A DNA stretch of 49,443 bases from positions 70,472 through 119,914 of the forward strand of contig NMRA01000855.1 of assembly GCA_002633005.1 (NCBI GenBank), in the 5' to 3' direction. The position numbers and the translations under genes were made by a program. Positions 10,791-23,918 of the stretch are shown piece after piece. How positions within the stretch are numbered: position 1 is the stretch's first letter; each line of letters opens with the position of its first letter. The notes beneath the pieces are model-generated. The model worked only from the letters and a program-made list of their open reading frames with translations, did not search any database and was not told the DNA's origin. The DNA comes from Phoronis australis. Lineage: Eukaryota; Animalia; Phoronida.

Positions 10791-13700
10791 TTGTTGATCA
10801 TAACGGAATGTTATAAGCATTTTCCGCAGGCATGCTCGCAGATTTTTTACGAGAAACCGGGGGAAAACGGGAGATTGGGCATTCATAGTAAGGTGTATTT
10901 TTGCTCCTTTCCGAGGTACCTATAACGGTTCACTAGTTGAACTTGACCTTAAAAAAAGCTGAAATATTTATTTATCATTGCGAATACTAGAGTACACTCG
11001 TTCGACATGTACACGGTCACTCCAATGGTAGCCCTGACAGCAGTGTTTTCCACACGTGGGAATTCCTTACCAATAACTCATAGTAGTCATTTTCAAAATT
11101 GTTACTATTCTTGTGATACTATGGGAAACAGTAACATTATTCTGTAACTAACCATCGGAAATAGTCCCTTTGTGTAAGTAACAAATAGCAGTCTTCACGT
11201 TCTTCAAAATTCCACCCTTTCGATGGCGGTCAAACCTCTTGTATTTTTTCACGTTTTGGTTGTTTGGGTCGAATGTCTTGATACTGCTGTGCTGTGCACA
11301 AATGTTTGGTGTTTTTTGATGAATTTGGAATCTCAACTTCCCTCGTGTAAACTAGGCAGTGTCAGGGACATTTCTCCGAACTGCTCCACCGAGAGAGGAT
11401 GCCGTCTGAAATGGGACACCTTAATTATGAAAGGCTAAACATCGTTAAGCTTGAAAAGGAGTGACTGTTCATTCCACCGTCGTGTGGTCACAAGACTTTG
11501 CAGGTAGTGACCTTCCTCAACATGAAAGTCGGTTGCACGATTTTACAAAAAAACAACAACAGGAAACTAGATGTAATCGAGCCCAACTTTGGGCCCTCTC
11601 TCCGTGAGTGGACCCTTAAGAATTTGTCAATAAAAACATAAAAAGGTGGCCACTTGAATGTCATCAATGGACTTTTTCAAGGGTGGGGCCCCTCAATGTG
11701 AAAATATCTATATTTTGAAAAATCAAGAAATGTGCAGCAATTGATGATATCTGTCAGATCATCAATTTTTCTCAAGTGATATAGAATTCGAGAAAAAAAG
11801 CGACAGTTGTCTCTGTTATCCCTTGCCAGAGAGGGGCGTCTGGAAAAATGTGGTTTTGTAGTTGCAAAATTAACTTACTGAATTTTAGAAATCCTGTAAA
11901 TTACGCTCCGCAAAGCGGCTTAGTTTAACATTTTTTCGATATATATGCATGAATCATTACGATGCAGATGTTAAATGTTGTATGGAATTTTCTCTCCTAT
12001 CTGCATTCAGCAGTCTTTCTTTTCTCGACTGTCACCCCCACGCGAATGTCGGTTGCCACGGTTTAACGCTGACGCCTGAAAATTTTTTTGGGGGAGGGGG
12101 GTGCCCGTCCCCCCCGCTTCCTACGGCTCTGGATCTGTTACTGCGCTATGTGACTGTGTTTTTATAAAATTTAGCAAAAAAGAAAAAGAAAGGTAAGTCC
12201 ATGATCGATAAAACCGCGCGGATAATAACACGAACAAATTTCGTTCGATGTAAACTTATCATTTTGTTTTCGCTTTATGCAACTTTTGATTTTTTCATGA
12301 AAATCATAAAGGTCATTTTCTGATAGACCTTCATGCAAAAGTGGATAATTTTAAAAACATCAAGCGTTTAGAGTACCAGTGCGTAAGGCGTGATATCTGA
12401 AAGTTTTCAATTAATCCGATCAGATATTTTTGAGACATATGTTCCGAATTTTGCAAAATGTGGCAATTTTTTAGGGTCTTTCATAATGAATTCCTGTGGT
12501 ATGCATGTGAACGTTCGGCGTCTGATCTGCGCAGTGTGTGCGAAATTCAATCCTCATCGGTTTCCCGTTATTCAGCGGAAGTAGGTCTTGATTCTCTGAC
12601 GAACCTTCCCATCCGTCCATTGTCGCTACATGCATCTTTTAAAACAGAAATTTTAATTGTCAAGTCTGTTTGCATTCTAGTTGGCCTTTCTCTAGCCGGC
12701 CAATTGACTGACAAGGCCTTTGCTCTGGTTTTCCAGGGCCAGTCGAGAGCTACACGTCCGTCCTATGCGCTGAGATTAATATGCAACAAGATGTCTATTT
12801 TTTGTCCCACTTTTCTGTTCATTTTGGAAACCAGAGGAATATCACGACACCATAGATACTTTATAGTCTATGATGACACAGTGGTCTTGCATTAAAATTC
12901 ATTGAGTGAGGTTTTGTTGAAACCGGAACAGTAAACTGTACCTGATTTTCCCAATGCATCAGGACAACTTTGAGAACAGAAGATTAAGATACCTTTGGTC
13001 ATTTGATGATAAATGATATCTGTGTAGTTTGTCACATGTCGTAGTTGTTTCAACACCCCATGTTCTCTGTGATTAGAGTTAAAACCAACCTCACAGGAAG
13101 AGTCACGAAGTATATCTTCCATTCTCAGATGGAGCACAGAACCATCCGTATAGTCAATATTTACTTTTTTGGTTGGAAGCCCCAAATTTGAGACAAAATA
13201 CCCATGCCTGCAAATGGACAACTATCAGAAAAGATTAAATTGTCTTGCATCATGCTGTAATTAAAACTATAGTCCAGGTTGTCAGTTCCAGCTAAAAATA
13301 TACCATTATATGATAGAATTACAATTGCCAATCAAAATTCACTATTTCTTGAGTTTAATTACGCCCAGTACATTCTACAATAGCATGATCTCACCACAGT
13401 AACAAAATTCATTTATCTAACTTGCACTGGCATGTGAAGAACAGAATTCAGCATACGTTTGAGGCTGCATCTAGCGTCATTTTCTGCAATTAAGCTATGA
13501 AAGACGCAGCTCGTGTATATGCACCCTGCATCAATGAGGCTGCGATTGTGATGATAAATTTTATGAAATAAAAGTACATAGTACGTTAAAAATAATCTAT
13601 TTCATTTCTTCCAGAATTCCTCATAAATAAAAGAACCAGAGCATCAGCCTTCCTATGTTGTGCGTTAATCTGTGCTCATATGTTATGATTTTTCATACAA

Positions 13701-14574
13701 TTTTCACGAAATTGAAATGTCTGACCCCAGAAATTTTGGAATCTGATCTACATACTCAGACCCCAGTGTTTGAAAGTGTAAGGAGTACACCTGGAATCTT
13801 TTTCAGAGCGCGTCTGTGATGCATGAAACATTTCAGTGCAGTCACTGAGCACTTTCAAGTCAGACCTTGTACCATCTGACGTGTTATCAACCTGCTTATT
13901 TCAAATGCCTCTCCAGCACCCCAACATAATGTGTGAAAGAAAACAGTTGATCAAACAAAACAAATCGTATCTACAAGATCAAATCAACAAAATTCAGGAT
14001 GACAATGATAGGAAAACATGGACCTACATCAAACAGACTGATCTCAACTGTGGATTTAAAAAATTGGTTAAAAGGATGTTTAATCCTGTTTTAGTGATTT
14101 TGCACAAAACTGGCTCCGTTACCTGCTATTGATCAAATACTACTTCCTAGGAGAGATAAAGTTATCTGTTAACTTAAGACTGTGAATTTTTCAGTGTTCA
14201 AATGAATATACTCAGACTGGGGGTAACTGTCTCCTCACTCCAACTGACTACCTCACGTGAACAAATGTGGCTGATTTAGCAGACTTTTGTGAACAACTTA
14301 TTTCCAAGTTCTGATGTAAAAAGAGCAATGGATGCAGATTGTCTTGTCTCAAAGATCAAGTGATCTATTAGCTAATATGGGGTACAGCATCCTTTTAATT
14401 ATAAATTTAAAGTACAAGAAGACAACTCATCAATCCATGCATGATTGACACACAATGGTGATCCGTACTTTGCCTGAACTATAGATTTGAGACTAGACGC
14501 ATCAAATGACTCATATCAACAATCCTTTAAATCATTTATCAGATAGAGAAAGCTAATTGCTATTAATGCTCAAG

Positions 14575-14789
14575 TTATTCACTATTTTGTTCACGTTTTA
14601 GTTTTGACAGAGCGGCAATTCTTTTGTCCCTCCACTGGCGACGCTCTTGAAGTTTTTCGAGGGGCACCTTGGCACACAGTTCCTCATGGATTTTTGTCAT
14701 AGTGTCACCCTTCCACTCAGGTGCAGGTCCAAACGACTCAGTCAGCTTTTGAATACTACTGCCGTAACGTTCGCTGTAACTCAGCCAAC
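14575..14789 (-). CDS. CRYL1: CRYL1 last coding exon (215 nt incl. TAA)
   Basis: WLSYSERYG...[25 protein letters not shown]; tttcgcag acceptor. Confidence 0.92.
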
Positions 14790-17700
14790 CTGCGAAATAC
14801 AAGCAAAAACTAAAGCCACAACATACATGGTTTTGGTACTAAAACTCCAGCGTCCCCTACATGGGTCTTACAAAGCACTGTCACCAAGTGATCTTTTCCT
14901 TTGTTTGAATAAAAAATCATTTAAAATTCTATGATGGCGACTGAAATTAAACCTTCCGAGAGGCAAGCATGACAAAGGAACATGATAAGATTGATTTTAT
15001 GTCAATACATGAAAAGAATCCTTCGTGGACACCCTAACCAATGGAGATTAGGCAACTCCACAGGTTTGTACACCACAGAATTTGCTGATTCAGATCAAAG
15101 ACACCATGCCGTTGTGGTCAATTAAATCGCCTCTAGCTGCTGATGTTATCGTTCTCTAGATAATGAGACAATCATAAACACATTAGGCGCGACAATAGAA
15201 TTTTTAAATTTTCGTTTTGAAAGTTTGTAAATAGCATATTTGAATAGCATGTGAAAAACACGCACGATTAGCTTTTTGAAAATTGGATAAGGAATGTGAC
15301 TTTTGCAACCTAAAACTTTGTTTATTGTTGTAATAATATGTTCCTCATTAATTCTGCTGGGTGAGCAACATAATTGGGCCAATTATTAAACCATCAGGCA
15401 GAGTTGAATTTTGAGCTAAGCCAATTGTCATCGTACAATTCTTGGCATGGCAAAACTTTTATCTGCCTCACTTGTAAATGATTACGTTATAGTGGATCAC
15501 ATTGATACACACCTTAATTATTTTCAAAACTTATGCTCAACTGATCACTGCACCACTGAGTTTGAAGTTCACTTAAAGGGTCCCTAAACTGCCATCTTAA
15601 CAGTTCAAACGTAATTCAAGTTTCCGCATCACCCCGACTTTGCAACGTACCCCAAATGATCAAGAATGTCCAACTGAATGAACACATGAATGAACTGTAT
15701 AGATTAGGTCCACTTTGCACATTTTCTTGGAAATTAGTGCTAAAACAGAAGGTACCCTTATGTACATGAGTAGTTTATGACCATAAAACTAATGATGTTA
15801 TCTAAGTGACATATCTTTGCAGCTATCTCTGTTACAAAGAAAAACTGTACTGTTGCAAATCATAACCATCCTATAGCACACACTGCTCACATATAGGAGC
15901 TGTAAACCTACCATCTGCATTCAAGCAAGCAGTTTCCATGGGTCCCATGAAGGCATATCGTAGACCCATTCCATCACTCATAGTAGCGTCAATGTCTTCT
16001 ACAGTCATGACATCGTCCTAATAAAATATTAAAAATTAAAATGGAGAAAGTTGACGCAATTCATGTCCAAGTCGACGTTTCGGTTTATTGACAAGAACCA
16101 CCATCAGGAAAAATGTCACTGACCGGCAATACAACCAAAACACCACAGCGGTTGGATCCATCCGAAAGTCGTCGTCACCTGTTGTCACTTTCATGTTAAT
16201 ACACTTGCCAATTTCAACAAAGATCCTGCAGAGGGTTTATGAGATATAGCCATGGATGCAAAAAATGGCAATTGGAGGAGCCACTGTAGACAGAGCTGTC
16301 TGGATATCATCCACAGCCGTCCTCTTCTCAGTAGGAACATATAGGTCCTTACAGTGGTTTGGCCTGTGGAGGAGATCGAGGCAGCAAAAACAGTAAAAAT
16401 GGCCACTAGGTAAAGCAAAATAAACCATACCCATTGGAAAATTCAAAGGTGGTGTCATCTTTCTATTAGAAACCTATTTGCCAAATTTTATGAAAATCCG
16501 TTGTTATAACCCCAACGATTCAGAGGTAAACATAAAAATCTAAAATTGCCACTAGAGGGCAGAACAGTAACCAAATCTGTCCGAAACTGGTCATCGTCTA
16601 TCACCAGCTTCCTATGACACATCTGCCAAATGTCGTTATCATCCTAAAAGGGGCTTAGTAGAAACCTGACAGCAGCAGACAACGAACGTTCAGACAGAGA
16701 TGACGACAATATGCACCCACACACAAATATGTGGACGCATAGAAACGAACCCAAGTCTGCTTGCATTGCTGCAAAAACAACATTACAATACCACTGCTCA
16801 CAATATCCACTCTAGAGTAGTGATGTCCAGGTGACATTTCATTACAAGGACAAGGCTGGAAACCAATAAATGAGTAGCTGACAAATTTCACAAAGATATC
16901 AAGATATCAGCAGATATAGAAGTAGATGTAAAAACACGCAGAGCAAAAAAAAATTGACAGAAATTGGCGGCTAATGTCAACTGCCTAATATGAAAATAAC
17001 TATTTTGAAAATAGGCGTATCGGCCTAAATATGCAGTGCTATGGTCCACCTGACTGGCCTGCCCACCTGTAGTACAATGTAATACGTTTCCAGACAACCA
17101 GAAATTACCTTTTTATATAATACAGTAATTATTCCTAAATGTTAATGCATGTATTAAGAGACTCAAATTCAAACAGATGTTCCTGTTTACGTACCTATTT
17201 CCATTTCAGCACTAACAAATTCATCTGATGTTATGAGGCTAGTTTGTTGCACAGGTGGCAAATATGAAAATACATCCCCTGTGATCCAACCAAACTGAAT
17301 GAATTTCCTACAGTCAAACCAACGATTAATTGGATACATACAGCAACAAGCCTCAAACATTCGGCAAGCAGAGCATATTGAAGGCGATTCAAAACAAATC
17401 CATCAACCTCCTTCTTCAGCACAACTGGTCGCTGTCCCACTTGCAGCCATATTTGACGAGCACGTGGTACAATAGTGTCGTCAGTCCAGGGAGCACCACA
17501 AAGCTCTATGAGAGGGCAGTAGTATGGCGGATTGGTCTGAAATAGAAATGTTGTTCATAAACAATTTGCACGGAGAAGAGTCAATACACTTTTGTCCCTT
17601 ACTTTCTGTTCACAAACGAACTAAACTTCTAGTGTGTTTATTAACATTTGTAGTAGCAAAAATATCACTTGTGTGAACTGGTACAAGTGTCACTTTTGCT

Positions 17701-20700
17701 GGTGATTTGCTGGATGCTTAAGATACCCCAAAATTGTTGGTGTTTTCACTGGCCCTTGAACCGTGACGAGGGCAGATATAAACTCAGCATAACATTCAAC
17801 ATCCTGTGTACAGCTCCACCTAGTATGCACTGAGGAAGACATCAGGAAAGGCAAATGTCAAAAATTTCTGCATCCGATATTTAATGGTTTTTGGATGGAA
17901 ACTTTGCCACTCTTGTGAGCATTATATCACACAGAAAATTTGACGCTAAAAGGAAATCAAGCCAACCTTATATATACCTTAGCCTATTAAAACATCTATG
18001 AACTCAAAAATGGATCAACCACTTAGAACATTGGTCTCAACTGTCTTGTTCATTGCTCAGCTAACTGAAGGTGATTGCCGGGCTCAGAAGGAACTGGCTG
18101 TTTGTTATTGTATTAGAGCAAGTTCAACAAGTTGGTTTGTTACAACCAAGCATGACCTCAAGCAATAATGATCTCCCACTTCTTTCAAAATCAATAAAAC
18201 AATTTTAATCCGAGTAGGTAACAATTAAGATGAAACCAGCGGTAGAGCATAAGTGGTCTAAACCGAAAGTTTGTTTCGTTTCAGAACCGGTAAAACAATG
18301 TAAAAAATTATTGCCCAACTTCTGAACTTTATGAAAGATCCAGTTTTATTGTTAATAAAAGAAGATTTAATACTTTCCTTTTGGACCTACTCTGCTGTCA
18401 AAAATTTGGACTTAAATAAGGATTTTGGTTTTACTTGGCCACATAAAGTAATCCCCTTTTTTCATCTCAACAAAGATCGAACTAGTTCCATGAAAAAGAC
18501 CCCTGTAGTGATCTCTTCCTAACCATTTCAGTTTCAAAACCATACTTACAGGATGTGACACCATCATCTGACTACGATGTTTCATGTTCTCAGAAATCTT
18601 AGATGGACGAATCATACTTGTTGAACTTGACAGAATCATCTTGTCAGATGCTACTTCATCTAACTGCAGGAACACCTTCTTCTTTAATTCAAGATTTTCA
18701 GGCACACACTCCTGGACAATGAGAAAATAAAAATTCTCAAATACTGACTCAGCCTAATGATAGCAGTGGCAGAGAAGTCTAAAACGATTAAAGCATTTAT
18801 TTTTTATTTGAACATTACTCGTCTCTAAAGAAACAGGAGAAAATCATTTGCTTGGCATTTTGTGCCCAAAATTGACAAAAATTTTAGGGTAACAAAACTG
18901 TTTAGGCAAAAAAAAGCAGTATTTGTTCTCATGTCCGCCTGGCATATTTTGAATTTGTGGCTCGATGTTTAAATAAACAAGAGCAACGCGCCCATGAATG
19001 CATCGCAAATGGTGTGCTTTTAGGGTTGCTTATTTTGTCGTAAAATGGGCACTAGATGGCGCAAAAAATACAATCTGTCTGAAAATGGGATCATGTCATT
19101 GCTTCTTTAATAGAAAGCTATACACCAAATTCCAATTTTCATAGAAATCTGCCAAGGAACTTCAGAGAAACAAAGGAAAACAGAATAAAATGAAATTGCC
19201 ATTGGGGGGAGCAGCGTTCATTGGATCTGCCTGAAAGTCGTCATTGTCTGTTTTCGCTTCATACAAATACACTAACTTACTAAATTTAATAAAGATCTTC
19301 CAGTGGGCTTAGGAGATACAGCTATGGGCACAAAACAACCACTAGGAGGCGGCAGAGTAGTCAAAGTCGTCATCATCAACCGACCCCTTCACACAGAGAA
19401 CCTTGATTCCATCCAAAAACGGGAAGATAGCATCATGTCATCAATAGATGCCTGTATTCAAAATTTTATGAAAATTTGTTGAGGACCTTTGAAGACACAG
19501 AGGTAAACGTAAAACTAAAATTGGCACCAGGGGGCATACCAGTACTCATATCCATCCCAAAATCATCGTCGTTCGTTGTCAACATCATATAAATACACGT
19601 CTTAAATTTAGTAAAGATCCTACAAACGGTTTAGGAGATACAGCTAAGGGCACAAAAAGGAAACTGCCACTAGGAGGCACCACAGTCATCGGAAAATCAT
19701 CGTCAGTCGTTCACTTCACAGTAAAAACATATATGCCAATTTTCACAATCATCCTGAAAGTGGTTTGGTTTATAGAGGGGTGGACGCCAAAAAACAGACT
19801 AGGTGGAGCAAGCCAGGTCGAATCCATCTGAAAATGAAAAGATAGCGTCACCTCACTAACAAAAGCCTGTACGCCAAATTTTATGAAAATACCTTAAGGA
19901 CCTTTGAAGATACAGAGGAAAACGTAAAAAAATAAAATTGCCACTAAGTAGCACACCAGTACTCAGATCTGTCCGAAAGTCTTCGTCGTTCATTGTCAAC
20001 ATCATATAAATGCACTTACTAAATTTAGTAAAGATGCTGCAAAATGGTTTAGGAGATGAAGCCATATGCACAAAAAAACAAAACTGCCACCAGGAGGTGC
20101 CACATTGGTTGACATCGTCAGAAAATCATCGTCAACCGTCCTCTTCACAGTAAGAACATACGTGCCAATTTTCACAATCATGCTTAGGGCGATTTGGTTG
20201 ATAGAGGGGTGGACGTCAAAAAAAGACTCGAAAACAGTAAAAATGGCCACTAGATGTCGCAAACTACGTCAAATCCATCCGAAAACGGAAGGATGTTGTC
20301 GTTTCACTAATAGATGCCTATATACCAAATTTCATGAAAATACTGAGGTAAACGTAAAAACCTAAAATTGCCACTAGGGGGCACACTTGTAGTCGGATCT
20401 GTCCGAAAGTTCGCTCATGCTGTCCCATCCATAAAAGGAACACATGAGCAAAATTTCATGAGCATACAAGTCTATCAGTTTTGGAGATAGAGCAGTGGAC
20501 GTCGGACTGACACCGCCCGGACGGACGGACGCAGATGACGGCATAATGCGTCCACATATAAATATGTGGGCGCATAATAAAAAGAGCATGCAAACAAAAC
20601 TTTTAGTGTTTAAGTTCATTTTTACAAATTCTACACAAATGTATGTATCAAGGTACTGTTGAACATAAGTGGACTAGCAACTTAGTGACAATCAGCTCTT

Positions 20701-22670
20701 ATTATTTGTTCAGCTCTAGGCTACGATGCGCCTAATGATCACATGGTTAAACCTAATATACAGTAATCATGAAGTCTTTAAGTCAGTTTTCATGAACACA
20801 TCCTAGTCCTTTACCTGACAAAATATAGCATTATTTAAACATTCTTTAAGATCGTTGGTTGTCGAAATGAGCTTGTACTGGTCCTCAGCACTGAGAGATC
20901 CTCTCAGTTGGCCAGATTCGGATAGTTTGGTCAGTTGACCCTGAATATCCTCCAGTGCACTCTGAATTTGTTTTGGCTCAATATCATACAAGGAGACGTT
21001 ATAACCACCAGAGGCGAAGATCATTGCGAAGCTACGACCAATCAAACCACTGAAAAATCAAAAAAGGCAAATGTCACTGCACTACATAAAAGTAATCTCA
21101 ACAATCAGTGTCTGCATTATGACTAATACAGATTACACCAAGTATTCAATTCAGTTATTTCATAATAAATGTTTTTTATTCCTCTAGTTAGAAGCGTTGA
21201 AATAGGTCTGACCTGTTAAATTCCAGGACACTTATTCTATATGCAGGATTTAAAGGCGCATGCCACCCAAAAAACAGTCCTATTTTGTATCGATTTAGAT
21301 CGGACAGTTCTACTCGATAAAACCAGAATTCTCACTAGATGCAAGAATTAAAAACAGTGGCATTGAATTAAATGGTAGGTGACGCTGTTGTCATCAAAGT
21401 AATCACATGGTAGCGCTAATGCATTCTGTGAATGCTAAATTTTTTTAATGTAACAATTTGAGAACATTTACATGACGATTGTGCTAATTGACATAAAATT
21501 CATTTCTCATTCAATTGGTGATTGTTCGAGCAAAATGTAAGTGACTATTAGCGACGACACTGCCCTTTAATTGTTGATGATAAGAGTGACCCCTGGCGAT
21601 AACTTCGATGAGACCGAAGTTGACCATTCATACCACACCGCAGAGTCGACGCTCCACTCTTAAATCCACCTATTTACTGTAAATTCAATGGCGGTGTTAC
21701 CTTCAATCCAGGACTGAAGTTATCCGTTCATACTAACCACAATTCCATAGAGGTGTTGACATTAGTATGAAAGGGTCTTAAAAGGTAGATAAGTGATTAG
21801 CCCTAACTTGATTGACCTACTTTTCAAACTTATGCAATACGCCAGACATATCATGTCCCACTCACAGGCTATATCACTTTTTGTGTCAATAACTGCAACT
21901 CACTCTGACAACAGGCAATACTAAAACTTTATTACTATGACACAGAATGACAAGACATGGATATGTCACTACTTCCAGTTTATAGGGTACATATCACTGG
22001 AAGCAATGTCATAAAAGTTTTGATTTAGCCATTAACCATTATGAAGTGGTTCAGTCTAATTCCTTACTCAAGTTGAAAGTCACCTTTGGGGTCGGAAAGG
22101 ACTGAAAAATTATTATCGTCACACCAATGCCTAAGCAAGTTCAAGCCAGACTCTGATTAACCTGTCCTAATCGATTCACAAATTAATGCTCGTGGCTTAG
22201 CCGCGATGCTGAAGAAAACCTATTAGCTAATTTCTCTAATAATGCATCGGTTTTAAAAATTCAAAGATGGCTACAATTTACTTTTCTATTTTAAAAACAG
22301 TTATGTTGGTCGTATGCCTAACTTATTGTTTATTTTTTGACTTTGAAACTCATATGCTGGATACTCCAGGATGAGTCCACAATTTCCCTTTCTTCACAGC
22401 AAGCTCATAAAACCTCAGGTTGATCTGAAGACATAACAAATGGTCAGGTCTTTCTAAGGCAAAACGTCATACCTATTTTGACTAAGGAACACTTTCAGAC
22501 CAAATTAGAGAATGCAAGTGGCCTGAATAAACACTAATTTCTTTGACAGCAGGCATGCCTTTAATGTTGCTTTAAAGCTGTCTTTCACAGCTTTCTGTGA
22601 GATTTTGTACCAATACATACCTCCCTATAATTGCAATCTTTTCATTCTTAATACCACACTCGGTAGCCAT
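14575..22670 (-). CDS. CRYL1: Lambda-crystallin homolog / L-gulonate 3-dehydrogenase (3-hydroxyacyl-CoA dehydrogenase family), 6 coding exons, 320 aa
   Basis: Exons 22621-22670, 20815-21049, 18550-18711, 17342-17536, 15912-16017 and 14575-14789 total 963 nt, all GT-AG and phase-consistent. Motifs: [22 protein letters not shown] (Rossmann GxGxxG), [62 protein letters not shown]; all characteristic of CRYL1. Confidence 0.96.
15912..16017 (-). CDS. CRYL1: CRYL1 coding exon 5 (106 nt)
   Basis: [35 protein letters not shown]; ttattag acceptor, G/gtaggt donor. Not in the ORF track. Confidence 0.95.
16030..16745. mobile_element. Degenerate copy of HINE-like family A in CRYL1 intron
   Basis: ggccactagg (16401), tgccactagagggc (16547), terminal hairpin atgcacccacac..aatatgtggacgcat; left boundary approximate. 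Confidence 0.8.
17342..17536 (-). CDS. CRYL1: CRYL1 coding exon 4 (195 nt)
   Basis: [12 protein letters not shown]...[20 protein letters not shown]; tttcag acceptor, GCT/gtatgt donor. Confidence 0.95.
18112..18386 (+). repeat. ~280-bp dispersed repeat, copy 2 (in CRYL1 intron)
   Basis: Matches 9095-9378. Confidence 0.9.
18550..18711 (-). CDS. CRYL1: CRYL1 coding exon 3 (162 nt)
   Basis: [14 protein letters not shown]...MMVSHP; ccag acceptor, CCT/gtaagt donor. Confidence 0.95.
18976..20580 (-). mobile_element. Full-length Helentron-associated (HINE/DINE-like) non-autonomous element, family A, with ~140-bp internal tandem repeats
   Basis: On the minus strand it begins TTattatgcgcccacat (subterminal IR plus hairpin, 20545-20576), then a (GTCC)n microsatellite (20518-20531), a central repeat array, and ends with subterminal IR atgggcgcgt and ctcttgTT; no TSD. 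This is the DINE-1/HINE/pearl architecture. Confidence 0.8.
20815..21049 (-). CDS. CRYL1: CRYL1 coding exon 2 (235 nt)
   Basis: [16 protein letters not shown]...NAIFCQ; ttttcag acceptor, CAG/gtaaag donor. Confidence 0.95.
21254..21566. mobile_element. Possible Kolobok-like MITE (TTAA|AGG...CCT|TTAA)
   Basis: TTAA at both flanks; short imperfect TIRs aggcgcatg / cactgccct. Confidence 0.4.
22621..22670 (-). CDS. CRYL1: CRYL1 first coding exon ([17 protein letters not shown])
   Basis: ATG in ACCATGG Kozak context at 22670; donor AG/gtatgt; acceptor AG at 22717-22718 or 22707-22708. Confidence 0.9.
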
Positions 22671-23817
22671 GGTTGGGAGTCTAGCTGAGTCTTCACTGAA
22701 GTTGACCTGTCAATATCTGGAACATAAATTGACAGACATTCTGTTTACTCAGGATACAGTTAGATACAGCCCATGAGAAAAATTATTTTAACAAAATTTC
22801 ATAAAATTCATGGGCCACCAATACAGACTACGTTAAATTAATAGAAACAAAGAAAATGACGGAAATACAGTTAAATGCACCACACAAATCCATACAGGTG
22901 TCTTGACTTTCAGTTTCAGTGTTTTTTAAAGGACCATACGATAAACATGTGAGAACTTTCATGACTATGCATGTATGTTGTTTTCATAGTTTGATTTGGT
23001 GTTTATATTTTTTGCCAAATTGGAACCTGACTAATTTACTATTCACATACTTGTAAGTAAATTTAAAGTCTCTTTGTAGCTCAAAATCATGTTGGCACTC
23101 AGTGGTCTTTGATGTACAAAATCTCATTGAATGATTGAATTGCTTTGAAAAGTAATGCCTTCAATTGCATGTTATCTTACATGTGTTCATCAGAGATGAA
23201 AAGCATTACCTTTTTTCTAGCTATATATTTTCAAAACTATAGCAAGAAATAACATACGTATGTATTAACTGACCTCTTCTAAAGCATTTTAGAATCTAAA
23301 AATATAATATTTCAAATTTCATGTACTGGCAAAAGTCTGCTGTGAAGAAAATGATCTCATAGAGTAGGAAATATAAAGATCTAAAAAGGTCAAACACGAA
23401 AATAAGATAAAAAACAAACACTCTGTGATTGAAGATGCAGAGTAATAACAGAATGGACATAAAAACAAAAAATGTAATAATCTACTTTTCAGTGTTTTGT
23501 CTTAAATATGCAAATTATTATGATTAGCTATAAGGTTACCGATTGTGACCTTGGCTGGTATAAGAAAACATGACACTTGTATTGGTGAGTAAGAATGAGT
23601 GCTTAACTTATAACAGCAAAAGTAAAGTATCAAAGGAAAATAACAAGGACAAACTTCATTGACAGGTCCATTGCGGGGCTTTCTGCCTTAGTAGTGCCTA
23701 AGTTGCAAAAACTTAAGCAGGGTTAGATGTGCTAGATTTTGATTTAAGTTTTGTCACTAAAGTACTGCGAATAGAATTAAAGCTAGACAGCTTGAATTAG
23801 CATGTATTTTATTGTTG

Positions 23818-23918
23818 TATTACTGCACAGGTTCACTTGTATGCTTTCAGCCGTACAGATTGGCCGTACATTGTAAGTACTCTCCGTGAGGCATAACTAG
23901 TGAACCTGTGCAGTAATA
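23818..23918. mobile_element. 101-bp hairpin / mini-MITE with 20-bp perfect inverted ends
   Basis: tattactgcacaggttcact ... agtgaacctgtgcagtaata; TA-flanked termini suggest the Tc1/mariner superfamily. Confidence 0.7.

Noticed and set aside
12085-12130. G/C-run with CTTCCTACGGCTCTG end (also near 41135-41151)
   Set aside because: Looks like one terminus of a MITE, but no matching opposite end was found, so boundaries cannot be given.
12390-13221. ORFs of 145 and 109 aa between the R3H gene and CRYL1
   Set aside because: No recognisable motifs or convincing exon structure; may be extended 3' UTR or decayed repeat.
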